Origin: Eledone cirrhosa
Taxonomy: Eukaryota
Length of the DNA: 64,000 bases
Direction: 5' to 3'
Assembly (NCBI GenBank): GCA_964016885.1
Contig: OZ024750.1
Coordinates: 51,088,001-51,152,000 of the forward strand
The notes under the pieces are model-generated. The model saw only the letters and a list, made by a program, of their open reading frames with translations. It ran no database searches and was not told the DNA's origin. This document shows, one piece after another, positions 13,606 through 27,000 of this stretch. The stretch's first letter is position 1. Each line of letters opens with the position of its first letter. A program made the translations under genes and the position numbers.

Positions 13606-14035
13606 ATGAAGAGTGAAGCATTGATATGAGTGGGTAGTTGTGATAGAACTGTAGTAGAATATAAACATTTTAAAGTTTTGAAAAGGATTACATTGTCGTA
13701 CTCTATATTATGATGCATATATATGTATTTAGGTAAACTACATACTATATTAAATACAACACGACAAATTACATCAATTTAACCTTGTATGCGTTAATAA
13801 TATTTCTTAACTCTCTTAACATGCTTATTTCTAATAAAAAACCCAAAAGACCTATATAACCTTATTCGGTAATGAAAGTCAACTCGGTGTTTACGTTTAT
13901 CTATTACGTTAGAGCACATAACGCCAAATTTGAGGGGGAAACCCTGTAATTGCGTCACGTCACACAACTAAAAGTAATTACTGGCCCACTAAAGGCTTGA
14001 ATTACACAGTTTGGAAACCGCTGGTCTACTAACAA

Positions 14036-14257
14036 ATAATTGTTTCTACTTTAGCCACAAGGCCAGCAATTTTAAGGGAATGGATAAGTCGATTAAATCG
14101 ACCCCAGTGCATTACTGGTAGGTTATTTATCGACCCCGAAAAGATGAAAGGCAAAGCTAACCTCGGCAGGATTTGAAATCAGAACGTAAAGAGCCGGAAC
14201 ACTATGCCGAAAAGCATGTTGTCCGACGTTCTACCGATTCTGCCAATCCATCGCCCA
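14036..14257 (-). mobile_element. SINE copy
   Basis: Reverse complement of the same SINE family. Confidence 0.8.
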
Positions 14258-15151
14258 TGGTCTACTTTCAAATAATGGCAAAGCTTTTTCAGTTTGGCGT
14301 GTCAACATTTTAATTTCTTTATAATCCCGTTCTTGGTTTGTCATTTATATGAATATTTTAGTTTTCCGGAAAATGTTTTATTGATAAGCTTTTTATAAGA
14401 CACTAAATACAGGGAGATTTCTTTTTTAAAAGTTGTCTACAATATGTCATTGTTGTGTGACGAGCCATAGGTTTACTTTTACTGTTAGTATTCAATTTCT
14501 CATGAATAATATTTCAATTATTTCACTGATATGAAACCCTAGACAGACACTGGTGTAATAAAATGAAATGTATTTCTAATTTTAATGGAGAGCACCGTAT
14601 AGCAATATTAAGCTACCGGGAGCGTGGTTTAAATTCACGGCGACAGCTTCAAGCATCATTTTAATTCAGAATTCGTCTACTTTGCAAAAGATAGTTGAAA
14701 ATATATAAATGTCACATGAGGCCATTACCTCCCATCCTATAAACATGACGACGTGTATCTTCCTAAGAAATAAACACTAATAGAAAGTGTATTGAATAAT
14801 GGAGCGCTATATTTCAATTTGTATAACCTTTTAGCTTTTATGACAAAACCTCCAAATATTCTAACAATTTCTATGATTTACCTATCAAATTTGAGCATAC
14901 CTTCAGGGAAATTATTTCAAAAGGAGGAAATATTTACTTCAAGCGAGCTTATAGTTTCCAGTCTACTTTTATAGTCTAGAAGTGTTTCCTATAATAATAT
15001 TATCGTCTCTTTCTGTCTACTGAACGTTGATCTCTTTTGGTCTTGTTTGTATTCAAATCTGTTAATTTTATTATGATATATATAACTTTGGATAAGCAAA
15101 TATTCTAATCTAGACGTCAGCTGTTATTGCTGCCTCATATTATATAAATAG

Positions 15152-15340
15152 AAGGGCGGCGAATTGGCAGTATCGGTAGAGGGTCGGACATGCTTTCCAG
15201 GATAGTTACGTCCCTTTACGATCTGAGTTCAAATCCGGCCGAGGTTAAATTTGATTTTCATCCTTACGGGCTCGATAAAATAAAGTACCAGTAATGTACT
15301 GGGTAATTGCTGGCCTTGTGCCTAAAATAGAAACAATTAT
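15152..15340 (+). mobile_element. SINE copy
   Basis: A box, B box and conserved body. Confidence 0.85.
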
Positions 15341-15666
15341 ATAAATATAAGACTGGCTTAGTATGGACGACATATATGATTCTGCCATTCTAAAGTAACC
15401 AAACACGAATTACTAAAATATTTGATAATAGGCACAGGTGAAACTGCTAATTAGGTATTTTAGTAATCAGTACTAAATATATAAAGCTTATATATGGGTT
15501 ACATGATATACATGTGCAAATCGCATAGATAAGTTATTGACATGTAACATATAAAAAAAAAAAAACTTGGGCGATTTATATAAAAATAATTTTTTACCAA
15601 ACAGTGCTTGTTTTTACCCTAAATGGAGAAGCAGGATACTTCAAATAATATATAATTTGGCTGGAA

Positions 15667-15749
<83 letters not shown>

Positions 15750-15898
15750 AGCAAAAGGGATATTTAATTTGTTGGTAATTCGAAAAATATAGATGTTTAT
15801 AACTGATTCAAAGCACTCGACGAAAAACGTTCCAGGAAAAAACTTGAACCGTTAAGATCTTCTTCCTGGTTATGTCAATATTTATAAAACAAACTTTG

Positions 15899-15959
15899 TA
15901 TTTTATCTGATGAGGGCCTACCAATGTTTTAGTACCCTTAAAATATATATAATAGAATA
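15899..15959 (+). ncRNA. Degenerate hammerhead (4753-type family; GAAA changed to AAAA)
   Basis: UAUUUUAU-CUGAUGA-GGG..CCC-UU AAAA-UAUAUA-UA-AUAGAAUA. Confidence 0.5.
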
Positions 15960-16027
15960 AATATGGTTTTATAAATATAGTGTCCATTTATTTAATATCA
16001 TTTTATATATATATAGGAACAAGTAGG

Positions 16028-16123
16028 ACCCCGACGGATGAGCTCAAGCCGTTTCGACGGCTAATTCTGGACTAAATGAACATTTTTATCCTGGTAAATG
16101 AATAGCCGAACTTCTCAGGGGGT
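16028..16123 (-). ncRNA. Hammerhead-like motif with CUGAGAA core (inverted pLTR)
   Basis: ACCCC-CUGAGAA-helix II CGGCUA/UAGCCG with insert-GAAA-helix III-GUC-GGGGU. Confidence 0.65.
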
Positions 16124-16379
16124 AATTCCATATATGGTAAAAGTGATTGTCACAAGGATTGGTCAAAAGTTTGTTGTTGAGACACATGATTCTATCATGG
16201 CATTTTGTGGAAGGTAGGGGTAGCTGAACTTGCCAGTAGAAGAAATAGGGAGAGGGAGTGGAGGAAACCTAGTCAAGCGTTGAAAGTGACAACTACAGCA
16301 GATTCTAAGGATAGAAAGTCGAAAAAAGAGAGTTTGATGGTATTTTTGTTGATTTAAATTCACCGATATTTTTTCCTGC

Positions 16380-17457
16380 ATTCGGCGGTGGATTGTACCG
16401 TGATGATGGGCTCCTTACCCTTAAAAGGTACAACCCCAGTAGTACAGACCGGGGCCGTAAACAATTAATCAGCTTCTTCCGCGACTGGAGATTTAAAATA
16501 ACCCTACAGACGTCCTTAACCCGAGTAAACTTCCTGGACATTACTCTTAACCTCGATAACGACCTGTACTACCCATACAGCAAACCAAACGACAACCTGC
16601 ACTACATCCACCACCGGTCGAACCATCCTAGAAACATCACCAATAACCTGGTTAAAAACATCTCCCTCCGCATATCTCGTTTGTCCGCTTATGAGCAGAT
16701 ATTCGAGGAACATGCGCCTTATTACAACCAGGCCCTCAAGTGGAGTGGCTTCCGGGAGGAAATATCCTATTGTCCAGCTTCCATTAGCGGAACCAGCAGG
16801 CCACACCGCCGCTGACGCAACGTAACTTGGTTCAATCCTCCCCACAATACCGAGGTGACAACAGCTGTCGGGAAAATCTTCTTTAGGCTCATCGAAAAAC
16901 ACTTCCCACAACAACACCGCTACCACAACGTAATCAACAAAAATACCATCAAACTCTCCTACAGCACCGCACCAAACTTAGCACAAAACATCGTCTCTAA
17001 CAACAAAAAACTCAACCCCTATGGAAGAAATAACCTAGATAGCAGCGGAGATCCGACCAGGAGGTGTAACTGTCCTGATGGATCCCTTTTCCCCCTCGAC
17101 AACAGATGCAGATATCGTAATGTGATCTACCAGTGCAATGTGAGGACGGACACCTCCAACAAAGCTTATATAGGATTAACCGCTTGTGACTTCAAGACCC
17201 GACTATACCAACACAGACATACTTTCCGGAACCCGGCCCGGCGTCACGTCACTACACTTTCGGGCCACATCTGGGACCTCAAAGATAACAATAGAACCTA
17301 TAATCTCACTTGGAGCTTACTGTCCAGAACCAACTCTTACACGGGAGGACGCCGTCCGTGTAACTTATGCTCGGAGGAAACATTACAAATGCTGTTTTCG
17401 ACTTACCAACTCAAACCCCATAATGACCCGGGGGGGGGGGGGGTAGACAAGGGCTGA
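16380..17457 (+). pseudogene. Penelope RT C-terminus plus GIY-YIG endonuclease (one internal stop)
   Basis: GLYRDDG, VNFLDITL, YIH..SNHP, WFNPP, KLSYS, NVIYQC..YIGLT, CNLC. Confidence 0.9.
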
Positions 17458-18639
17458 AATACCCCACATGCCGACTTTGTAAGGGGTAACCCCTGCTTAC
17501 AAAGGTAGACGTAACTTTTTTTTATATATTGTTTAATATATTTTTTATCGTTTCCTCTATATTTACTTCTCCCCCCCCCCTCCCTTCCTAGGCCTTCCAC
17601 CCCAGATCTCCTTCTTTGTCGTCATTCTTTTCACCTTCTCACCCACCCCGATTCAGCCCTTCGGTCCTCTGTAGCCTCAGTACCCCCACGCCCCTTATTG
17701 TATGATAGAATTGGCCGATTCCGCTTTTTAAAGCAGATGTGCTAGACCCCAGATACTTGCTTTCTCCTCTGATTGCTACCCCATTTCCGTGATTTCTAGA
17801 TTTCTTAGTGGTATTTCTGCTTTAGTTTCTCTTATATCAGTATTTTTTTTTGGGGGGGGGGGGGGGGGAGGGGGGATTCTGAATAAATTTTTCGTATTAG
17901 TTTTTCGTATATATTGTACGAGTATTTATGTAGATTGTATTAGAATTTATGTATTGTAGCAGTATTTATATATATTGTATTAGTTTTTTATATTTATTGT
18001 ATGAGTATTTATGTAGTTTGTATTAGAATTTATGTATTGTAGCAATACTTATATATATCGTATTAGTATTCATGTTTCGGGATTCTGAATTAATATTTCG
18101 TATTAGTTTCGGGATTCTGAATTATTATTTCGTATTAGTTTTTTTAGTATTTTGGCCCCCTACTTGTTGACCTGTCATTGTAAGATAGATTTGGCCGATT
18201 ACTACTAACTCATAAAATTCTTTCACTACAATCTCGTATTTAATACTCCGTCCCACCTATTAAACTTATCTATAGTTTAGCAGTACCAGTGAGAGATTTG
18301 ATGATTGTGGAAGGGGACTCATAACCAGAAATTGTTTTTTTTTTATTTTTTTAATATTTTTTATATTGTTTATATATTTACTCCATATAGATTTACTTAT
18401 TGTTTAAACTGCCTCCTCCCCCCTTCTCTAGTATACTTTTTTCGACCTTCTATCCTTAGAATCTGCTGTAGTTGTCACTTTCAACGCTTGACTGGGTTTC
18501 CTCCACTCCCTCTCCCTATTTCTTCTACTGGCAAGTTCAGCTACCCTACCTTCCACAAAATGCTATGATAGAATCATGTGTCTCAACAACAAACTTTTGA
18601 CCAATCATTGTGACAATCACTTTTACCATATATGGAATT

Positions 18640-18735
18640 ACCCCCTGAGAAGTTCGGCTATTCATTTACCAGCATAAACATTTTCATTTAGTCCAGAATT
18701 AGCCGTCGAAACGGCTTGAGCTCAGCCGTCGGGGG
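18640..18735 (+). ncRNA. Hammerhead-like motif with CUGAGAA core (3' pLTR)
   Basis: CCCC-CUGAGAA-G..CGGCUA/UAGCCG..C-GAAA-CGGCU UGAGCUC AGCCG-UC-GGGG. Confidence 0.7.
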
Positions 18736-19698
18736 TCCTACTTGTTCCTATTACCCACTCTACTACCCTAAGTGTTAAGTACTCTGGTGCGTTATGGTCC
18801 ATCTGGTTCCTTACCACATTTCCTTCGTTATATATATATATATATAAATGAAACACTAGTACCGAGGTCGATTTTTCTCCCACTCTCTTTCTCAGGAAGG
18901 AATGAGTTGTGTTCAGACCTAAGAGGTCAAGGTTAAAGTGGCCTATCTGGATGACTCCTTACGACTCCATCAGGAGTTAAAAACCTTATTTCTTCATATC
19001 ATAAAAGTATTTCAGTGTCAACATCTTAAAAGAATAGAATAGATTAATCTGAGAAGAAGGTAACAGTAGAAACAGCAGGTCCCTCAACGAATTAGTTTGT
19101 ATAAAAACGATTTAGATTTATAATATAAAAATTAAATTTTTATAATAAATATTCATCGTGTTTGTAATAAATATGAGAATGTGATATATTTATTAGAGCG
19201 CAGAGACTGGTTGGTCATTTTGATTGTCCGTTCACCCACAGCAGTGTATGTTCTGAAGTCGGTCAGTTTGCAGGAATACATCGCGTCCCGTTAATATTTG
19301 TATGGGAGAGGTATTAATATAAGGATGGAGTGAAGGAAGTATAGGAGAGAGGGCAATAAAAGTGATGAATTCCATTAGATATATGTTGCTTGAAAGTTAA
19401 ATGTTGGTAATGGAGTCCGTAGAAAAGTGTGAACATAATCTTCCGCTACAAATAGCAAAGAGCACGATAGACATCTCCACACATTCAGTAACAAATAAAC
19501 ATTGCATTGCCTTGGGAGAATATACATAGACACACATACACACATAGACACATAGACACATACACACATACACACAGACACGCATACACATAGACACACA
19601 TACCCACATACATACAGACACACACACACATACACCTATATATATAGTGGTTTCGCAGAATTAAAATTCCAGTCGGTTCTTCTGTTGTTCTTTTAATA

Positions 19699-19737
<39 letters not shown>

Positions 19738-19739
<2 letters not shown>

Positions 19740-20632
19740 CCGAGAATAGGAATCTCGGCCCACGAAATAACGAAACACAATCTTCGAAATGCATGGCAAA
19801 GGGCTCAATAGTTTGGATAAACCAGAGCTATAACTATTGTTTAAATACCAACACATAGAGACAATGCTTAAAATCATTCGCACAGCCGAAAAAACGACCA
19901 GGAAAATTCGGGTCACACAAATCATAAATTAATAAATTAATAAATTAAATGAATGTAAAATCTTACCCGGACCCGCTAGAAGGATGTTAAATTCTAGCTT
20001 TTGGGGTTTCGGCAGTTCCTTAATCAATTATCGTCAGCCCACATAAAAAATATACCTGACTTCTGGTAAAGAGACGAACGAGGAAACTGCTTTCTCAGCA
20101 GGCATTTCGTTCAAAAATACAGAGGCACCCGTTACTAAACGCACATGGAGTCCAGCAAGGGAGGGAACCCCTATATTATGCGAATGAATTCAGTAATGTG
20201 TATATTTTTGTAAAAATACAAAATATCACATATCGAATTAGAGTTCTCAACAGACGTGTTAAAATTAACAAGAGCTATTCATCAGTCAATAAGATCTACT
20301 AAAAAATCAATAAAATTAACTGGTCAATAGCTAAAGACTGGAGATAAATACAAATAAATAATCGAGAATCGGAATCTCGGCCCACGAAATAACGAAACAC
20401 AATCTTCGAAATACATGGCAGAGGGCTCAATAGTTTGGATAAACCAGAGCTATAACTATCGTTTAAATACCAACACATAGAGAAAATGCTTAAAATCATT
20501 CGCACACCCGAAAAAACGACCAGGAAAATTCGGGTCACACAAATAATAAATTAATAAATTAATAAATTAAATGAATGTAAAATCTTACCCGGACCCGCTA
20601 GAAGGATGTTAAATTCTAGCTTTTTGGGTTTC
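19738..20632 (-). mobile_element. Partial tandem (period ~622 bp) retrozyme/pLTR-like element in (TA)n
   Basis: 19738-20010 is repeated at 20360-20632; the unit carries an HHR-like motif. Confidence 0.75.
19964..20104 (-). ncRNA. Hammerhead-like motif, CUGAGAA core, long helices II and III
   Basis: UGCCUG-CUGAGAA-AGCAGUUUCCU..AGGAACUGCC-GAAA-CCC..GCUAGAA/UUCUAGC GGG-UC-CGGGUA. Confidence 0.7.
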
Positions 20633-20676
<44 letters not shown>

Positions 20677-20687
20677 TTTAATTATAA

Positions 20688-20719
<32 letters not shown>

Positions 20720-20739
20720 ATATATGTATTTAATTATAA

Positions 20740-20804
<65 letters not shown>

Positions 20805-20810
20805 TTTAAT

Positions 20811-20859
<49 letters not shown>

Positions 20860-21054
20860 CACACATATACACATACATACACACACACACATATACACAT
20901 ACATATACACACACAAAACCTCATATATATTTACACACATATGCTTATACATATATATATATATAAATATGTATATTTATAATATATATGCAAAGTATAT
21001 AAAATATGTAGGAAAATGATAATATAAGCTAGACATATGAACAACAGAAACAGG

Positions 21055-24000
21055 AGAGAATAGAGAGTAATAGAGTGTAATGGAGAGTAATGGAGAGTAA
21101 TAGAGAAGAATAGAGAGGAATAGAGAGTAATGGAGAGTAATAGAGAGTAATAGAGAGGCATAGAGAGTAATAGAGAGTAATAGAGAGGAATAGAGAGGGA
21201 TAGAGAGTAATAGAGAGTAATAGAGACGAATAGAGAATAATCGAGAGTAATAGGGAGTAATGGAGAGTAATAGAGAGTAATAGAGAGTATTAGAGAGTAA
21301 TATAGAGGAATGGAGAGTAATAGAGAGTAGTAGAGAGAGATAGAGAGTAATAGAGAGTAAGAGAGAGTAATGGAGAGGGATAGAGAGTAATAGAGAGCAA
21401 TATAGAGGAATATAGAGTAATAGAGGGTAATGGAGAGTAATAGAGACGAATAGAGATGAATAGAGAGTAATAGAGAGTAATAGAGAGGAATAGAGAGTAA
21501 TAGAGAGTAATGGAGAGTAATGGAGAGTAATATAGAGTAATAGAGAGGAATAGAGAGTAATTGAGAGTAATAGAGAGGAATAGAGAGTAATAGAGAGGAA
21601 TAGAGAGTAATTGAGAGTAATACAGAGTAATAGGGAGTAATGGAGAGTAATAGAGAGTAATAGAGAGGAATAGAGAGTAATAGAGAGTAATAGAGCGGAA
21701 TAGAGAGTAATAGAGAGTAATGGAGAGTAATAGAGAGTAATAGAGTGTAATAGAGAGTAATAGAGAGGAATAGAGAGAAATAGAAAGTAATAGAGAGTAA
21801 TAGAGAGTGATAGAGAGTAATAGAGTGTAATATAGAGGAATAGAGAGTAATAGAGAGTATTAGAGAGAGATAGAGAGTAATAGAGAGTAATAGAGAGTAA
21901 TGGAGAGTAATAGAGAGTAATAGAGAGCAATGGAGTGTAATAGAGAGTAATAGAGAGGAATAGGGAGTAATAGAGAGTAATAGAGAGGAATAGAGTGTAA
22001 TAGAGAGTAATAGAGAGTAATGGAGAGTAATAGAGAATAATAGTGAGGAGTAGAGAGTAATATAGAGTAATAGAGAGGAGTAGAGAGTAATAGAGAATAA
22101 TGGAGAGTAATAGAGAGTAATAGAGTGAAAGAGAGAGTAATAGAGAGGAATAGAGAGGAATAGAGAGGACTAGAGAGTAATAGAGAGTAATGAAGACTAA
22201 TAGAGAGCAATAGAGAGGAATAGAGAGGAATAGAGAGTAATAGAGAATAATGGAGAGTAATAGAGAGTAATAGAGTGTAATATAGAGTAATAGAGTGTAA
22301 TAGAGAGTAATAGAAGTAATAGAGAGGAATAGAGAGCAATAGAGAGGAATAAAGAGGAATAGAGAGTAATAGAGAGTAATAGAGAGGAATAGAGAGTAAT
22401 GGAAAGGAATAGGGAGTAATAGAGAGTAATAGAGAGTAATATAGAGTAATAGAGAGTAATGGAGTGTAATAGAGTGTGATAGTGAGTAATAGGCAGGAAT
22501 GGAGTGTAATAGATAGTAATAGCGAGTAATAGAGAGTAATGGAGAGTAATAGAGAGTAATAGAGAGTAATGGAGAGTAATAGAGAGTAATGGAGAGTAAT
22601 AGCGTGTAATAGATAGTAATAGAATGTAATAGAGAGTAATAATGAGTAATGGAGTGTAATAGAGAGTAATAGAGAGTTAATGGAGTGTAATAGAGAGTAA
22701 TAGAGAGTAATGGAGAGTAATGGAATGTAATAGAGTGTAATAGAGAGTAACAGAGAGTAATGGTGTGTAACAGAGTGTAATAGAGAGTAATGGAGAGTAA
22801 TAGAGAATAATGGAGAGTAATGGAGAGTAATGGAGAGTTATGGAGTGTAATGGAGTGTAATAGAGAGTAATAGAGAGTAATAGAGAGTAATGGAAAGTAA
22901 TGGAGAGTAATGGAAAGTAATAGACAGTAATGGAGTGTAATAGAGAGTAATAGAGAGTAATTGAGAGTAATGGAATAGAGATTAATAGGGAGTAATGGAG
23001 AGAAATAGAGAGTAATAAAGAATAATAGAGAGTAATAGATACTAATAGAGTGTAATAGAGAGTAATAGAGAGTAATAAAGAGTAATGTAGGGTGATAGAA
23101 TGTAATAGACAGTAATATAGAGTAACAGAGAGTAATAGAGTGTAATAGAGAGTAATGGAGAGTAATGGTGAGTAATAGAGAGTAATAGAGTGTAATAGAG
23201 AGTAATTGAAAGTAATAGAGAGTAATAGAGAGTAATATAATGTAACAGAGAGTAATAGAGTGTAACAGAGAGTAATACAGTAATATAGAGTAATAGCGAG
23301 TAATAGAGTGTAATAGAGAGTAATAGAGAGTATTAGAGAGTAATATAGAGGAATAGAGAGTAATAGAGAGTAGTAGAGAGAGATAGAGAGTAATAGAGAG
23401 TAAGAGAGAGTAATGGAGAGGAATAGAGATTAATAGAGAGCAATATAGAGGAATATAGAGTAATAGAGGGTAATGGAGAGTAATAGAGAGGAATAGAGAT
23501 GAATAGAGAGTAATAGAGAGTAATAGAGAGGAATAGAGAGTAATTGAGAGTAATACAGAGTAATAGGGAGTAATGGAGAGTAATAGAGAGTAATAGAGAG
23601 GAATAGAGAGTAATAGAGAGTAATAGAGCGGAATAGAGAGTAATAGAGAGTAATGGAGAGTAATAGAGAGTAATAGAGTGTAATAGAGAGTAATAGAGAG
23701 GAATAGAGAGAAATAGAAAGTAATAGAGAGTAATAGAGAGTGATAGAGAGTAATAGAGAGTAATATAGATGAATAGAGAGTAATAGAGAGTATTAGAGAG
23801 AGATAGAGAGTAATAGAGAGTAATAGAGAGTAATGGAGAGTAATAGAGAGTAATAGAGAGCAATGGAGTGTAATAGAGAGTAATAGAGAGGAATAGGGCG
23901 TAATAGAGAGTAATAGAGAGGAATAGAGTGTAATAGAGAGTAATAGAGAGTAATGGAGAGTAATAGAGAATAATAGTGAGGAGTAGAGAGTAATATAGAG

Positions 24001-27000
24001 TAATAGAGAGGAGTAGAGAGTAATAGAGAATAATGGAGAGTAATAGAGAGTAATAGAGTGAAATAGAGAGTAATAGAGAGGAATAGAGAGGAATAGAGAG
24101 GACTAGAGAGTAATAGAGAGTAATGAAGACTAATAGAGAGTAATAGAGAGGAATAGAGAGGAATAGAGAGTAATAGAGAATAATGGAGAGTAATAGAGAG
24201 TAATAGAGTGTAATATAGAGTAATAGAGTGTAATAGAGAGTAATAGAAGTAATAGAGAGGAATAGAGAGCAATAGAGAGGAATAAAGAGGAATAGAGAGT
24301 AATAGAGTGTAATAGAGAGGAATAGAGAGTAATGGAAAGGAATAGGGAGTAATAGAGAGTAATAGAGAGTAATATAGAGTAATAGAGAGTAATGGAGTGT
24401 AATAGAGTGTGATAGTGAGTAATAGGCAGGAATGGAGTGTAATAGATAGTAATAGCGAGTAATAGAGAGTAATGGAGAGTAATAGAGAGTAATAGAGAGT
24501 AATGGAGAGTAATAGAGAGTAATGGAGAGTAATAGCGTGTAATAGATAGTAATAGAGTGTAATATAGAGTAATAATGAGTAATGGAGTGTAATAGAGAGT
24601 AATAGAGAGTTAATGGAGTGTAATAGAGAGTAATAGAGAGTAATGGAGAGTAATGGAATGTAATAGAGTGTAATAGAGAGTAACAGAGAGTAATGGTGTG
24701 TAACAGAGTGTAATAGAGAGTAATGGAGAGTAATAGAGAATAATGGAGAGTAATGGAGAGTAATGGAGAGTTATGGAGTGTAATGGAGTGTAATAGAGAG
24801 TAATAGAGAGTAATAGAGAGTAATGGAAAGTAATGGAGAGTAATGGAAAGTAATAGACAGTAATGGAGTGTAATAGAGAGTAATAGAGAGTAATTGAGAG
24901 TAATGGAATAGAGATTAATAGGGAGTAATGGAGAGAAATAGAGAGTAATAAAGAATAATAGAGAGTAATAGATACTAATAGAGTGTAATAGAGAGTAATA
25001 GAGAGTAATAAAGAGTAATGTAGGGTGATAGAATGTAATAGACAGTAATATAGAGTAACAGAGAGTAATAGAGTGTAATAGAGAGTAATGGAGAGTAATA
25101 GAGAATAAGAGTGAGGAGTAGAGAGTAATATAGAGTAATAGAGAGGAGTAAAGAGTAATAGAGAATAATGGAGAGTAATAGAGAGTAATAGAGTGAAATA
25201 GAGAGTAATAGAGAGGAATAGAGAGGAATAGAGAGGACTAGAGAGTAATTGAGAGTAATAGAGAGGAATAGAGAGTAATTGAGAGTAATACAGAGTAATA
25301 GGGAGTAATGGAGAGTAATAGAGAGTAATAGAGAGGAATAGAGAGTAATAGAGAATAATGGAGAGTAATAGAGAGTAATAGAGTGTAATATAGAGTAATA
25401 GAGTGTAATAGAGAGTAATAGAAGTAATAGAGAGGAATAGAGAGCAATAGAGAGGAATAAAGAGGAATAGAGAGTAATAGAGTGTAATAGAGAGGAATAG
25501 AGAGTAATGGAAAGGAATAGGGAGTAATAGAGAGTAATAGAGAGTAATATAGAGTAATAGAGAGTAATGGAGTGTAATAGAGTGTGATAGTGAGTAATAG
25601 GCAGGAATGGAGTGTAATAGATAGTAATAGCGAGTAATAGAGAGTAATGGAGAGTAATAGAGAGTAATAGAGAGTAATGGAGAGTAATAGAGAGTAATGG
25701 AGAGTAATAGCGTGTAATAGATAGTAATAGAGTGTAATATAGAGTAATAATGAGTAATGGAGTGTAATAGAGAGTAATAGAGAGTTAATGGAGTGTAATA
25801 GAGAGTAATAGAGAGTAATGGAGAGTAATGGAATGTAATAGAGTGTAATAGAGAGTAACAGAGAGTAATGGTGTGTAACAGAGTGTAATAGAGAGTAATG
25901 GAGAGTAATAGAGAATAATGGAGAGTAATGGAGAGTAATGGAGAGTTATGAAGTGTAATGGAGTGTAATAGAGAGTAATAGAGAGTAATAGAGAGTAATG
26001 GAAAGTAATGGAGAGTAATGGAAAGTAATAGACAGTAATGGAGTGTAATAGAGAGTAATAGAGAGTAATTGAGAGTAATGGAATAGAGATTAATAGGGAG
26101 TAATGGAGAGAAATAGAGAGTAATAAAGAATAATAGAGAGTAATAGATACTAATAGAGTGTAATAGAGAGTAATAGAGAGTAATAAAGAGTAATGTAGGG
26201 TGATAGAATGTAATAGACAGTAATATAGAGTAACAGAGAGTAATAGAGTGTAATAGAGAGTAATGGAGAGTAATGGTGAGTAATAGAGAGTAATAGAGTG
26301 TAATAGAGAGTAATTGAAAGTAATAGAGAGTAATAGAGAGTAATATAATGTAACAGAGAGTAATAGAGTGTAACAGAGAGTAATACAGTAATATAGAGTA
26401 ATAGCGAGTAATAGAGTGTAATAGAGAGTAATAGAGAGTATTAGAGAGTAATAGAGAGGAATAGAGAGTAATAGAGAGTAGTAGAGAGAGATAGAGAGTA
26501 ATAGAGAGTAAGAGAGAGTAATGGAGAGGAATAGAGAGTAATAGAGAGCAATATAGAGGAATATAGAGTAATAGAGGGTAATGGAGAGTAATAGAGAGGA
26601 ATAGAGATGAATAGAGAGTAATAGAGAGTAATGGAGACTAATAGAGAGTAATAGAGAGGAATAGAGAGTAATTGAGAGTAATAGAGAGTAATAGGGAGTA
26701 ATGGAGAGTAATAGAGAGTAATAGAGAGGAATAGAGAGTAATAGAGAGTAATAGAGCGGAATAGAGAGTAATAGAGAGTAATGGAGAGTAATAGAGAGTA
26801 ATAGAGTGTAATAGAGAGTAATAGAGAGGAATAGAGAGAAATAGAAAGTAATAGAGAGTAATAGAGATTGATAGAGAGTAATAGAGAGTAATATAGAGGA
26901 ATAGAGAGTAATAGAGAGTATTAGAGAGAGATAGAGAGTAATAGAGAGTAAGAGAGAGTAATGGAGAGTAATAGAGAGTAATAGAGAGCAATGGAGTGTA

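Larger units (their letters stand above)
16015..18830 (+). mobile_element. 5'-truncated Penelope-like retroelement with inverted 5' pLTR and 3' pLTR
   Basis: 16015-16330 is the reverse complement of ~18435-18750; internal RT and GIY-YIG fragments; (TA)n flanks. Confidence 0.9.
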
